Assembly: GCA_023387555.1 (NCBI GenBank)
Contig: JAEWHY010000013.1
Coordinates: 1-40,048 of the forward strand
Origin: Pseudomonadota bacterium
Lineage (GTDB): Bacteria > Pseudomonadota > Alphaproteobacteria > Rhizobiales > Xanthobacteraceae
Reading direction: 5' to 3'
Length of the DNA stretch: 40,048 nucleotides
Part shown: positions 1-8,509 of the stretch, in pieces
Position numbering within the stretch: position 1 is the first letter of the stretch
Layout of the letters: each line of letters opens with the position of its first letter
Program-made: the position numbers and the translations under genes
The notes under the pieces: generated by a model
What the model was told of the DNA's origin: nothing
The model's database searches: none
What the model saw: only the letters and a program-made list of their open reading frames with translations

Positions 1-210
1 TTGCGCCGGCGTTGCGCCGACGGCCTCGTTGCGCACCACCGCGGAGTCCCCGTCCGGCAGTTAATAGGTCCGCTCCGACCGCAGGAAATCCTGGTGATAG
101 CGTTCGACGCCGGCCTCCGAGAGCTGCCTGACGATGTCGCCAAAGCTCTGGTTGCCCTCGTCGGAGGCCCGCGAGGCTTCGATCATCACGTCGCGAATGG
201 CGCTGTCCAT
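1..210 (-). pseudogene. DUF1398-family protein interrupted by an in-frame TAA (runs off the window's left edge)
   Basis: From ATG at 210: MDSAIRDVMIEASRASDEGNQSFGDIVRQLSEAGVERYHQDFLRSERTY-TAA(63-61)-LPDGDSAVVRNEAVGATPAQ. The frame continues past the stop and resembles the DUF1398 pattern (F.+IV..L...G.E.Y..D......YY.PDG.S). It lies downstream of a MarR gene. Confidence 0.65.
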
Positions 211-248
211 CCCTGCCTGTCCTTCTGTCGCTGATAATGCCGGCTGCC

Positions 249-731
249 TCACGCGACCGGCTGCCCTTTCAGGCCAAGCCGCCGCACGATGCCCTTCATG
301 GCGTCTTCGATCGTCGCCCGCTCGCGCGGCGACAGATGCGCGAAGAATTCCGCGTCATTGCGGTCGGCGATGGCCGCAAGCTTCGGCACCAGCGCGCGAC
401 CCTGCCGGGTCAGCGCCAGCGCCTGGGACCGCGCGTCCTCCTCGCTCGGCGAACGCGTCACCAGCGACTTTGCGATCAGACGGTCCGCGATCTTGGTAAT
501 GGCGCCGCGCGTCATCCCGATGCGTTCGGCGAGCGCGCTCGGTGCGCTTTCGCTGTCGTACAGCTCGCGCAGCACCACCCATTCGGCGACCGAAACATCC
601 AGCGCCTTCAGCTTGTCGCTGAAGGCCTGAGATACCTGGTTCGAGGCGAAACGCAGCCAATAGCCAAGATGGCTCTGCAGCGTACTCGCGCCCGGCTTCG
701 GTCCGGCCGGACCCGGCACTTTTGTTTCCAT
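249..731 (-). CDS. MarR family transcriptional regulator
   Basis: 160 aa winged-HTH: LAERIGMTRGAITKIADRL..K.LV.R....D.R...L.LT..GR. Confidence 0.92.
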   Translation of the reverse strand: METKVPGPAGPKPGASTLQSHLGYWLRFASNQVSQAFSDKLKALDVSVAEWVVLRELYDSESAPSALAERIGMTRGAITKIADRLIAKSLVTRSPSEEDARSQALALTRQGRALVPKLAAIADRNDAEFFAHLSPRERATIEDAMKGIVRRLGLKGQPVA

Positions 732-765
732 GGAAACAAATTAGCACATATGGTTTCCACGTCAA
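721..765 (-). promoter_or_regulatory. Perfect 20-bp palindrome (probable MarR operator) overlapping the marR start codon, with a sigma70-like promoter
   Basis: TTTGTTTCCATGGAAACAAA at 721-740. Minus strand TTGACG(765-760)-N16-TAATTT(743-738)-N6-ATG(731). Confidence 0.7.
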
Positions 766-827
766 TCAATTCGGTGCGAATCCGCTTTTGATTTGAGACG
801 GCTCCCACAGGATGCGACAATGCCCGG

Positions 828-1610
828 ATGTCGCCCATCATCGCCTTCGACCACGTCTCCAAGGTCTATGGACCCGGGACCCGTCCCGCGCTCGACGACG
901 TGTCGATCGCGATCGATCCGGGCGCCTTCGTCGCCATTGTCGGCCAGTCCGGCTCCGGCAAATCGACTTTGCTCGGCATGATCAATCGCCTGATCGATCC
1001 GAGCGCCGGGATCGTGCGCTTCGAGGGCGCCGACATCCGCGACCTCGATCCGATCGCGCTGCGCCGGCGCATCGGCTACGTGTTCCAGGATACCGGACTG
1101 TTCCCGCATATGACGCTGGCCGAGAACATCGCGATCACACCGCGCCTGCTCGGCTGGGACAAGGCCCGCCGCAGCGCGCGCGCCGATGCCCTGCTCGACC
1201 TCGTGCAATTGCCGCCCGCCGATTTCCGCGACCGCTTCCCTGTCGCCCTGTCCGGCGGCCAGCTTCAGCGCGTCGGCGTTGCGCGCGCGCTTGCCGCCGA
1301 GCCGCATGTCATCCTGATGGACGAGCCGTTTGGCGCGCTCGATTTGCGTACCCGCGACGCGCTCTCGCGCGATTACCGCAAGCTGCACGATGCCCTCGGT
1401 CTCACCACCGTGATGATCACCCATGACGTGATCGAGGCGGTGCTGCTCGCCGACCGGATTGCAGTGATCCATGACGGACAGATTGCCGCCTATGGCCCGC
1501 CGCATGAGCTGATGAACGGCGCCCAAAGCGACGACGTGCGCGCGCTGATGGACATGCCACGGCGGCAGGCCGAGCGGTTGACCGCGCTGATGCGCGACGG
1601 CGGTGCCTGA
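828..1610 (+). CDS. Osmoprotectant/quaternary-amine ABC transporter ATP-binding protein (OpuCA/OsmV-like, no CBS domains)
   Basis: Walker A GQSGSGKST, IGYVFQDTGLFPHMT, signature LSGGQLQRV, Walker [13 protein letters not shown]-loop ITHD. Confidence 0.9.
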   Translation: MSPIIAFDHVSKVYGPGTRPALDDVSIAIDPGAFVAIVGQSGSGKSTLLGMINRLIDPSAGIVRFEGADIRDLDPIALRRRIGYVFQDTGLFPHMTLAENIAITPRLLGWDKARRSARADALLDLVQLPPADFRDRFPVALSGGQLQRVGVARALAAEPHVILMDEPFGALDLRTRDALSRDYRKLHDALGLTTVMITHDVIEAVLLADRIAVIHDGQIAAYGPPHELMNGAQSDDVRALMDMPRRQAERLTALMRDGGA

Positions 1611-3166
1611 TGTTTCGCGATCCCGCCTTCGCCGATGCCTGGTCGCGCCTGCCGGACTATCTCGGCCAGCATGTGCTGGTGAGCCTGACCGCGCTCGCAC
1701 TCGGGCTCGCGGTCAGCCTGCCGCTGTCGCTCTATGCGGTCCGGCGGATGCATCTGCGCGCGATCCTGCTCGCGGTGGCGAGCATCGTGCAGACCATCCC
1801 GGGACTTGCGCTGCTGGCGCTGTTCTATCCGCTGCTGCTCGGGATCGCCTCGCTCACCAGCGAATATTTCGGCTTCGACTTTTCCGCGCTCGGCTTCCTG
1901 CCGTCGGTGCTGGCGCTCGCGCTCTATTCGATGCTCCCGGTGATCCGCAACACCATCACCGGCATCGAGGGAGTCGATCCGTCCCTGCTGCGCGCGGCAA
2001 AGGGCGTCGGCATGACCGCGCAACAGTCGCTGTTCATGGTCGAATTGCCGCTCGCCACGCCGGTGATCATGGCCGGCATCCGGACCGCTGCGGTCTGGGT
2101 GATCGGCACGGCAACGCTGGCAACGCCGATCGGGCAAACCAGCCTCGGCAATTACATCTTCAGCGGCCTGCAGACCCAGAACTGGGTGTTCGTGCTGTTC
2201 GGCTGCGTCGCCGCGGCGAGCCTCGCGCTTGTCGTCGATCTCCTGCTCGCCCTGATGGAACGCGGCGCCGCGCGGCGAAAGCGCCTCCCGGTCGTGGCCG
2301 GGCTCGCCGGCATCGCGCTGGTCGTCGGGCTGGCGCTCGCGCCCTCAGTCACGGCGTCGCGGTCCGGCACCATCGTCGGCGCCAAGACCTTTTCCGAGCA
2401 ATATATCCTCGCGGCCCTGATCGCGCAGCGGCTGGAGGCGAATGGCCTGTCGGCACACCGCCGCGAAGGCCTCGGCTCGAGCATCGTGTTCGATGCGCTC
2501 GCGGCCGGCGATATCGACACCTACGTCGATTATACCGGCACGATCTGGGCGAATGTGATGAAGCGCACCGATATCAGGCCGCGCGCGGAAACTCTCGCCG
2601 AGGTCGCGGCCTGGCTGCAGCGCGAGCGCGGCATCACGCTGGTCGGCCCGCTCGGCTTCGAGAATGCCTATGCGCTCGCAATGAAGCGCGAGGAAGCCGA
2701 ACGGCTCGGCATCCGCAGCCTCGCCGATCTCGCCCGCCACGCGCCGCAACTGACCATCGCCGGCGATTACGAGTTTTTCGGTCGCCCGGAGTGGGCCGCG
2801 ATCCGCGAGGCCTACGGCCTGAACTTCAAGGCGCAGCGCGCGATGCAGGCGGAATTTATGTATCCGGCGGTCGGCAACGAGGTCGACGTGATCTCGGCCT
2901 ACACCAGCGACGGTCGCGTCGCACAGTATGACCTCGTGGTGCTGGACGATCCGAAGGGCGTGATCCCGCCCTATGACGCGGTGCTGCTGGTGTCGCCGAA
3001 GCGCCGCAACGACAAGGCGCTGCTTGCGGCGCTCAAGCCCCTCACCGGCGCGATCGATGTGACACTGATGCGCGAAGCCAATCTTCGCGCCAACAAGGGC
3101 GAATTACCGGACGCGGTGGCGCGGTGGATGGGCCGCAGGCTCGGTGCCGAGACTCCCTCCCCCTGA
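1610..3166 (+). CDS. Fused ABC permease + substrate-binding protein, glycine betaine/choline (OpuCB-OpuCC/OsmX-like) family
   Basis: N-terminal TM domain with QTIPGLALLA and the loop AAKGVGMT...VELPLA. C-terminal SBP with GAKTFSEQYIL, YVDYTGT, GFENAYAL, PPYDA. TGATG coupling to the ATPase. Confidence 0.9.
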   Translation: MFRDPAFADAWSRLPDYLGQHVLVSLTALALGLAVSLPLSLYAVRRMHLRAILLAVASIVQTIPGLALLALFYPLLLGIASLTSEYFGFDFSALGFLPSVLALALYSMLPVIRNTITGIEGVDPSLLRAAKGVGMTAQQSLFMVELPLATPVIMAGIRTAAVWVIGTATLATPIGQTSLGNYIFSGLQTQNWVFVLFGCVAAASLALVVDLLLALMERGAARRKRLPVVAGLAGIALVVGLALAPSVTASRSGTIVGAKTFSEQYILAALIAQRLEANGLSAHRREGLGSSIVFDALAAGDIDTYVDYTGTIWANVMKRTDIRPRAETLAEVAAWLQRERGITLVGPLGFENAYALAMKREEAERLGIRSLADLARHAPQLTIAGDYEFFGRPEWAAIREAYGLNFKAQRAMQAEFMYPAVGNEVDVISAYTSDGRVAQYDLVVLDDPKGVIPPYDAVLLVSPKRRNDKALLAALKPLTGAIDVTLMREANLRANKGELPDAVARWMGRRLGAETPSP

Positions 3167-3279
3167 AAGGGGGAGGGTCGGGGTGGGGGTCTTTGCCTTG
3201 GCAAAAAGGAAACTTGACCCCCACCCGACGGCCCGCGCTTCGCGCCGGCCGTCGACCTCCCCCTTTCAGGGGGAGGTGA
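3153..3279. repeat. RIME/CIR-like palindromic intergenic element
   Basis: Terminal hairpins CCCTCCCCCTGAAAGGGGGAGGG and CCTCCCCCTTTCAGGGGGAGG are mutual reverse complements. Inner inverted pair GGGTGGGGGTC / GACCCCCACCC. It sits between convergent genes and overlaps the permease stop. Confidence 0.8.
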
Positions 3280-3285
3280 AAAAGA

Positions 3286-4344
3286 TCACCCCTTCGGAAA
3301 CATCACCTTGTCCAGCAGCCATTGCGACATCTTCAGCTTCTCGCCGCGCGGCAGCTTCTTGAATCCGTCGTCGTGGAATTCCTTGTTCGGCCAGGTGGTG
3401 CCGGCCGTCACCGCCATCCGCGCCTTCACCTGATCCTTCGTCAAGTTGAACACCATGAAGTCGCGCGCGAAGACCAGCGGCCCGTCGTAGGCCCGGCGCA
3501 CGGCTTCGAGATGTCCCGGCAGCGTGTCGTCATCGTTGTAGAAGTGGTAGCCGACCGCAAGGCGCGGCTTGCACAGCGCCAGCACCCGGCCCGCCTCCTC
3601 CGGGTCGGAATGGGCGACCGTGCACACACCGCGCGCCGTGCGCTCGTCGTAACCGGCGCGCTCCATCATCACCTGCCAGCGGTCGAAGGTCTCGTGGATC
3701 AGGAGATCGGCGCCCTGCCCGTTCTCCACCATGAACCACGACGGCGTGGTGTCGCCGGAATAGACCAGCGTCAGCCCGTTCCATTCGAGGCGCAGCGAGA
3801 CCGGCCCGTCGTAGATGTGCACCGCCGGAAACGCGGTGATCTTCACGCCGTTGCTGTCATAGATCACGTTGACCGTGTCATACGGGAATTCGTGCACATC
3901 GACCTCGGAGCCGACCAGCGGCAGCAGGCCGTGGCGCGTGTCAGCATCCCAGCGCAGCGACTCGATCTGGTGCCGCACGAAATGCTTCATGCCATGCTCG
4001 GGGATCTTGCCAGACGGCCCGTAGACCTGCAGTGGATGCATCCGTCCGCCGGCCCAGCCGCCCTGCCGGATCTGCATGAAGTCGCCGACATGGTCGGTGT
4101 GCAGATGGGTCGCGATCACTGCGGTGATGGCGTTGTAGGGAATTTCCAGCGCGACAAAATTCTTCTGCGTGCCGAAGCCGAAATCGAGCAGGAACTTGTC
4201 GCCGTTACCGAGTTCGACCAGCCAGCCGGTATTGACCTGGTCGCGGCGTAGATACGGCCGCCCGGTGCCGAGCGCAACGACGCGCATCTCGTCGGGCGCC
4301 AGCGCCTCGGTGTTGGGAAAATAGTGATCGCGGTATTCGCGCAT
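3286..4344 (-). CDS. Metallo-beta-lactamase-fold hydrolase, RNase Z/arylsulfatase (AtsA/GntH-like) subgroup
   Basis: LGTG motif, HLHTDH metal motif, AVHIYDG, YSGDT, LLIHE, AHS, GYH. No signal peptide. Confidence 0.85.
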   Translation of the reverse strand: MREYRDHYFPNTEALAPDEMRVVALGTGRPYLRRDQVNTGWLVELGNGDKFLLDFGFGTQKNFVALEIPYNAITAVIATHLHTDHVGDFMQIRQGGWAGGRMHPLQVYGPSGKIPEHGMKHFVRHQIESLRWDADTRHGLLPLVGSEVDVHEFPYDTVNVIYDSNGVKITAFPAVHIYDGPVSLRLEWNGLTLVYSGDTTPSWFMVENGQGADLLIHETFDRWQVMMERAGYDERTARGVCTVAHSDPEEAGRVLALCKPRLAVGYHFYNDDDTLPGHLEAVRRAYDGPLVFARDFMVFNLTKDQVKARMAVTAGTTWPNKEFHDDGFKKLPRGEKLKMSQWLLDKVMFPKG

Positions 4345-4365
4345 GCGCCTCAGTCTCCAGGGGTA

Positions 4366-4863
4366 TCAGGCCGCCGACGTCTTGCGGTCCGGCACGGCCG
4401 CGGGCTCATAGGTGTCGCAGAGCTTCACCAGCAGCCGCAGGAATTGCTGCTTTTCGGCCGCGGTGAGCGCGCCCGTGAGGCGATCGCGCTCCGCAGCAAT
4501 CAGTTCGAACGCCGCCTCGTAGAGCGAACGACCAGATTTTGTCAGCACCAGTTCGGTGATGCGGGCTTCGCCGGCCGGCTTGCGCCGCTCCATCGCGCCG
4601 GCGCGCACGAAGCGGTCGATCATGCGGCTCAGGGTGGACGGGTCGGTCGCGATATAGTCGGCAATGTCCGCCGGCCGGGTCAGCGAGGTGTTCGCCAGCG
4701 TTGCCAGCAGGCGCCAGTCGTGGATCGACAGACGCTTGCCGCGGAACGCCTTTTCCAGCCGGCCGTTGAAGCGGCGCGCCAGCGAATTGATATGGAACGG
4801 CTCGAAGCGTTCGAGATCGAACGCTTGCGCACCGTCACGCCGGGACGCGGGCTTGCACGCCAT
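4366..4863 (-). CDS. MarR family transcriptional regulator
   Basis: LSIHDWRLLATL...DIADYIATDPSTLSRMIDRF...R...L.LTKSGR. Confidence 0.85.
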   Translation of the reverse strand: MACKPASRRDGAQAFDLERFEPFHINSLARRFNGRLEKAFRGKRLSIHDWRLLATLANTSLTRPADIADYIATDPSTLSRMIDRFVRAGAMERRKPAGEARITELVLTKSGRSLYEAAFELIAAERDRLTGALTAAEKQQFLRLLVKLCDTYEPAAVPDRKTSAA

Positions 4864-4864
4864 G

Positions 4865-5812
4865 CTATTTCGGCCGCCCGATCTTCTTGATCAGCGCGCC
4901 GATGGCGTCGGAGTCGCGCGTGACCCGCTCGGCAAGGGCCGGCCCATCGAGATAGCTCACGTTCTGCCGCGCCTTCTTCAGGACCTCGAGCGTCGCGTCC
5001 GATTTCAGCGCGGTGGCGCAGGCCGAACGCAGCTTCGCCAGCACCTCCGGCGGCAGGCCCTTCGGCACGAACAGCGCATTCGGAGTGCCGAAGCCCGAGC
5101 CAAGGCCAAGCTCCTTTGTGGTCGGCACATCGGGCATTGCCGCGAGGCGCTTGTCGCCGAACACCGCGAGCGTGCGCACATTCTTGCCGGTCACCGTCGC
5201 ATCCGCCGACATCAGAACATCGATATGATTGCCCAGCAGCGCATTGAAACCGAGCGCGTCGCCGCGGAATGGCACCGCGGTCAGCTTCAGGTCGTTCTCG
5301 CTGGAGAGATACAGCATCAAAAGGTTCGGCACCGTGCCCGGCCCGGGATGGCCGTAAGTCACCTTGTCCGGATAGGTGCGAACATAGGCGACCAGTTCCG
5401 GGAAGCTCTTGTGCGGGCTGTCGTTCGCCACCGAAGCGACCACGAAGACGTCGGTCACCTGGCAGATATAGTCGAAAGACGCCGCGTCGTAGCGCAGGTT
5501 ATCGCGCAGATGCGGTTGCGCGCTGACGACGCCCATGGCGGAGAATCCGAGCGTGTAGCCGTCGGGCTTTGCGGTCGCCACCGCAGTGGTGCCAATAGTG
5601 CCGGCAGCGCCATCCTTGTTTGCAACCAGCACCGGCTGCCCGAGCGCCTTCGCCATCGCCTCGGCGAGCGGACGCGCGGCCAGATCGCTGCTGGCCCCGG
5701 CCGGGAACGGCACCACGATCTCGATCGGACGCGAAGGAAAGGTCTGGGCCGACGCCACGGCGGGAATAACGGCGACGGCGGCGGAAATCAGCAAACGCAA
5801 AAACGACGGCAT
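4865..5812 (-). CDS. Tripartite tricarboxylate transporter substrate-binding protein (Bug/TctC family)
   Basis: Signal peptide then FPSRPIEIVVPFPAGASSD, NKDGAAGTIG, KPDGYTL, VPFRG, PDVPTTKELG. Start placed at ATG 5812, preceded by GGGGG. Confidence 0.9.
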   Translation of the reverse strand: MPSFLRLLISAAVAVIPAVASAQTFPSRPIEIVVPFPAGASSDLAARPLAEAMAKALGQPVLVANKDGAAGTIGTTAVATAKPDGYTLGFSAMGVVSAQPHLRDNLRYDAASFDYICQVTDVFVVASVANDSPHKSFPELVAYVRTYPDKVTYGHPGPGTVPNLLMLYLSSENDLKLTAVPFRGDALGFNALLGNHIDVLMSADATVTGKNVRTLAVFGDKRLAAMPDVPTTKELGLGSGFGTPNALFVPKGLPPEVLAKLRSACATALKSDATLEVLKKARQNVSYLDGPALAERVTRDSDAIGALIKKIGRPK

Positions 5813-5813
5813 C
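5773..5813 (+). repeat. 41-bp imperfect direct repeat, copy 1 (start of the tctC-like gene)
   Basis: CGACGGCGGCGGAAATCAGCAAACGCAAAAACGACGGCATC matches 8510-8550 at 36 of 41 positions. Confidence 0.85.
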
Positions 5814-5868
5814 AACAGCCCCCAGACATATGAAAGCATCAAAACCAGAACCGGCGGGGCATAGCACC

Positions 5869-5886
5869 CAATTGCATATGCAATTG
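5869..5886. promoter_or_regulatory. Perfect 18-bp palindrome, probable operator for the tctC-marR-MBL operon
   Basis: CAATTGCATATGCAATTG in an AT-rich patch about 55 bp upstream of the tctC ATG. Confidence 0.65.
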
Positions 5887-6153
5887 CAAGCGAAATTATA
5901 TCGGGCGTTCTGACGCAGCGATCAAAGCGGCACGTCTGCCAAAGCGCCGGCAAACCGTATTCCGCGCCTCCGCCGTGAAAAGGAACAAGGAGCAGTTGCG
6001 CCGAGCGATGGTCGATGCGGAACGCGCGCATCGTGAGACTGCGCGGTAAGCTCGACATCACTCCTTAATATTCGTCACGCACAACGCATGAGCCGCACCG
6101 TCGCGTCGCGACGATGCGCGTCGTTAATGCCCCATCCTGAATGAGCGAGACGA

Positions 6154-7878
6154 ATGCCCCTCGGTACCGATTACATCCTCGATGCATTGATCCGCGAAAA
6201 GATCGATCATCTGTTCATGGTTCCGGGCGGTCTTGTCGATCCGTTCCTGCCGGCGCTGGGCCGCTTTCCGGCGATCAAGCCGATCGTCGCCGCACAGGAA
6301 GGCGGCGCGGCCTACATGGCGGACGGCTATGCCCGCGCCAGTGGCCGCTTCGGTGCGGCGCTCGGCATTGGGGGCCCGGGCCTCGGCAACATGATCACCG
6401 CCATGGAAGCGGCGCTCACCGATTCGTCGCGCGTCCTGGTCATGAGCGGCGAGGTTTCTGTCGCGATGGAGGGCCTCGGCGCGTTCCAGGACGCCAGCTA
6501 CGAGACGTTCGATGATCCGGCCCTCGCAGCGCCGGTGACGCGTTTCTCCACCTCGATCGACAGCGCGCGCAATCTGCCCCATCTGTTTCGCCACGCCCTG
6601 ATGGACATGATCGGCCCGCCGGCCGGTCCGGTTCACCTGTCGCTGCCGCACGACGTTCTCACCGGCAATGTCGACGCCAACCATGTCCCGCTCGATCCGG
6701 CGCTGTTCTTTTCCCGTGGCATCGATACCGGCATGGCGGACCGTGCGCTGGAACGTCTGCGCGGCGGCCCCGGACAGAAACCCGCGCTTCGTGTCGCCAT
6801 TCTGGCCGGCGCTGGCGTCGAACACGACGAAGCCAATGCGGCGCTGATGACCTTCGCCGAGCGCTTCAACGTCCCGGTCGCGACCACCCTGCGCGCAAAG
6901 GGCGTCTTTCCGGAGGATCATCCTCTGTCGCTCGGCGTGTTCGGCTATGCCGGGACGCGTCACGCGACAGCCGCGCTGCTGTCACCCGACCTCGATCTGC
7001 TGATCGTGCTGGGATCCGGCCTGAACGAACGCGACACCATGCATTGGTCACAAGCGCTGAAGCCGGCACGCGGCATGATCAGCGTCAACCTCTCCGCCAA
7101 GGCGGTCGCGATCGAGACCGCCTCCGGTCTCGGCGTCGTCGGCGATTGCGGTGCCTTCCTCGAGATCATGTCGCAGGACAACAACGCCGCGGCACTCGAA
7201 GCCGGTACAGCGGAGCGCAAGCGCTGGATTACCGCCATTCGCTCCGGGCCGCGCCTCTACGACATCGAGAATCTCGACAGCAAACAGGTTCCGCTGCATC
7301 CGGCGCGGGTCGTCGGCGCACTCCGCAAGGCGCTGCCGCGCGATGCCATTGCGCTCGTGGATTCGGGCGCTCACCGCGCCTTCGCCGGTCATTACTTCGA
7401 TTCCTACGCCCCGCGGACCTATCTGTCCGCAACCAATCTCGGGCCGATGGGCTGGGGCATCCCGGCCGCGATCGGCGCGGCCTGCGCGCGGCCCGGTACG
7501 CGGGTCGCGCTGATCACCGGCGATGGCTGCATGCAGATGCATGGCATGGAGATCGCGGTGGCAGCCCGCTACAAGCTGCCGGTGACCTTCGTCGTGCTGA
7601 ACAACAGCGCGCTCGGCAATGTCTGGCTGCGCGCGCATGAGCTCGGTCCGGTTCCGGCGGAACTGACCTCAATTCCCGATCACGACTGGGCCGGCTTTGC
7701 AAAAGCGCTCGGGCTGCCGTCCGCCACGGTGCGGACACCGGAGGAAATCGAACCCGCTCTCAATCGCGCGGTCGCGACCGACGGCCCGATGCTGATCGAT
7801 TTCAAGACCGACAAGAATTCACCGACTCCGGTCTATGACTTCGCCAAGGAAGCCAATCGCTGGTCCTATCACGAGTAA
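6154..7878 (+). CDS. Thiamine-pyrophosphate-dependent enzyme (acetolactate synthase-like superfamily, substrate unknown)
   Basis: Catalytic Glu in QEGGAAYMADGYAR, GPG..N, GPVHLSLPHD, TPP-Mg motif GDGCMQM...VVLNN. Confidence 0.9.
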   Translation: MPLGTDYILDALIREKIDHLFMVPGGLVDPFLPALGRFPAIKPIVAAQEGGAAYMADGYARASGRFGAALGIGGPGLGNMITAMEAALTDSSRVLVMSGEVSVAMEGLGAFQDASYETFDDPALAAPVTRFSTSIDSARNLPHLFRHALMDMIGPPAGPVHLSLPHDVLTGNVDANHVPLDPALFFSRGIDTGMADRALERLRGGPGQKPALRVAILAGAGVEHDEANAALMTFAERFNVPVATTLRAKGVFPEDHPLSLGVFGYAGTRHATAALLSPDLDLLIVLGSGLNERDTMHWSQALKPARGMISVNLSAKAVAIETASGLGVVGDCGAFLEIMSQDNNAAALEAGTAERKRWITAIRSGPRLYDIENLDSKQVPLHPARVVGALRKALPRDAIALVDSGAHRAFAGHYFDSYAPRTYLSATNLGPMGWGIPAAIGAACARPGTRVALITGDGCMQMHGMEIAVAARYKLPVTFVVLNNSALGNVWLRAHELGPVPAELTSIPDHDWAGFAKALGLPSATVRTPEEIEPALNRAVATDGPMLIDFKTDKNSPTPVYDFAKEANRWSYHE

Positions 7879-7883
7879 CGAAA

Positions 7884-8432
7884 ATGGCGCCGCTCCCCTT
7901 CGACCCGGCCAAGGCATCGCCCGCCGACCGCGCGATCTACGAACGCCTGAAGGCACATCGCGCGGCGATGGGTGCGCCGTTCGACGGCCCCTATCTCGCG
8001 CTGATGAATCATCCGATATTGGCGGAGAAGATCGAGGCGCTCGGCTATTTCCTGAAATTCGAAGGCGCCTTGCCGCGCGAAATCTATCAGCTCGCGGTGC
8101 TCATGGTGGCGCGGGCGTGTGGCGCCTCGTTCGAATGGACCGATCATGTCGAGCATGCACGTGCCGCAGGTATCCCCGATGACGTGATCGAGGCGATCCG
8201 TACGCAGGATCATGTCAGGCTGCCGGAGCCCTACAGCATCGCCGAGCCCGTGATCCGCACAGCGCTCGCCTGGCAGAATGTGCCGGAAGCGGCTCAGTCC
8301 GCGGCGATCGCCAGCTTCGGCACGAAGGGATTTGTCGAATTGGTCGTCGTCACCGGCTTCTACCAGATGTTCTCGGCGATCAATCAGGGCTTCGCGGTCA
8401 GTCTGCGTCCGGGAGGCAAGCCCGCCTTCTGA
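7884..8432 (+). CDS. Carboxymuconolactone decarboxylase (CMD/AhpD-like) family protein
   Basis: GPY.ALMNHP, LPREIYQLAVLMVAR.....EW..H...A..AGI, FG..G.VELV...GFY. No CxxC. Starts 5 bp after the TPP gene. Confidence 0.8.
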   Translation: MAPLPFDPAKASPADRAIYERLKAHRAAMGAPFDGPYLALMNHPILAEKIEALGYFLKFEGALPREIYQLAVLMVARACGASFEWTDHVEHARAAGIPDDVIEAIRTQDHVRLPEPYSIAEPVIRTALAWQNVPEAAQSAAIASFGTKGFVELVVVTGFYQMFSAINQGFAVSLRPGGKPAF

Positions 8433-8476
8433 CGAAAAAGGCCCGATCGCGTTTCAGGACAACAGCCGAAAAGCAA

Positions 8477-8504
8477 AAGGCCGATGCCAAAGGGCACCGG
8501 CCTT
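8477..8504. terminator. Hairpin, possible intrinsic terminator downstream of the CMD gene
   Basis: AAGGCCGATGCC-AAAG-GGCACCGGCCTT with an A-run on its left side. Confidence 0.45.
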
Positions 8505-8509
8505 CAATT

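Noticed and set aside
5813..6061. 83-codon in-frame upstream extension of the tctC-like ORF
   Set aside because: It runs through the AT-rich operator/promoter region and would bury the signal peptide. The AGGAG is too close to that start.
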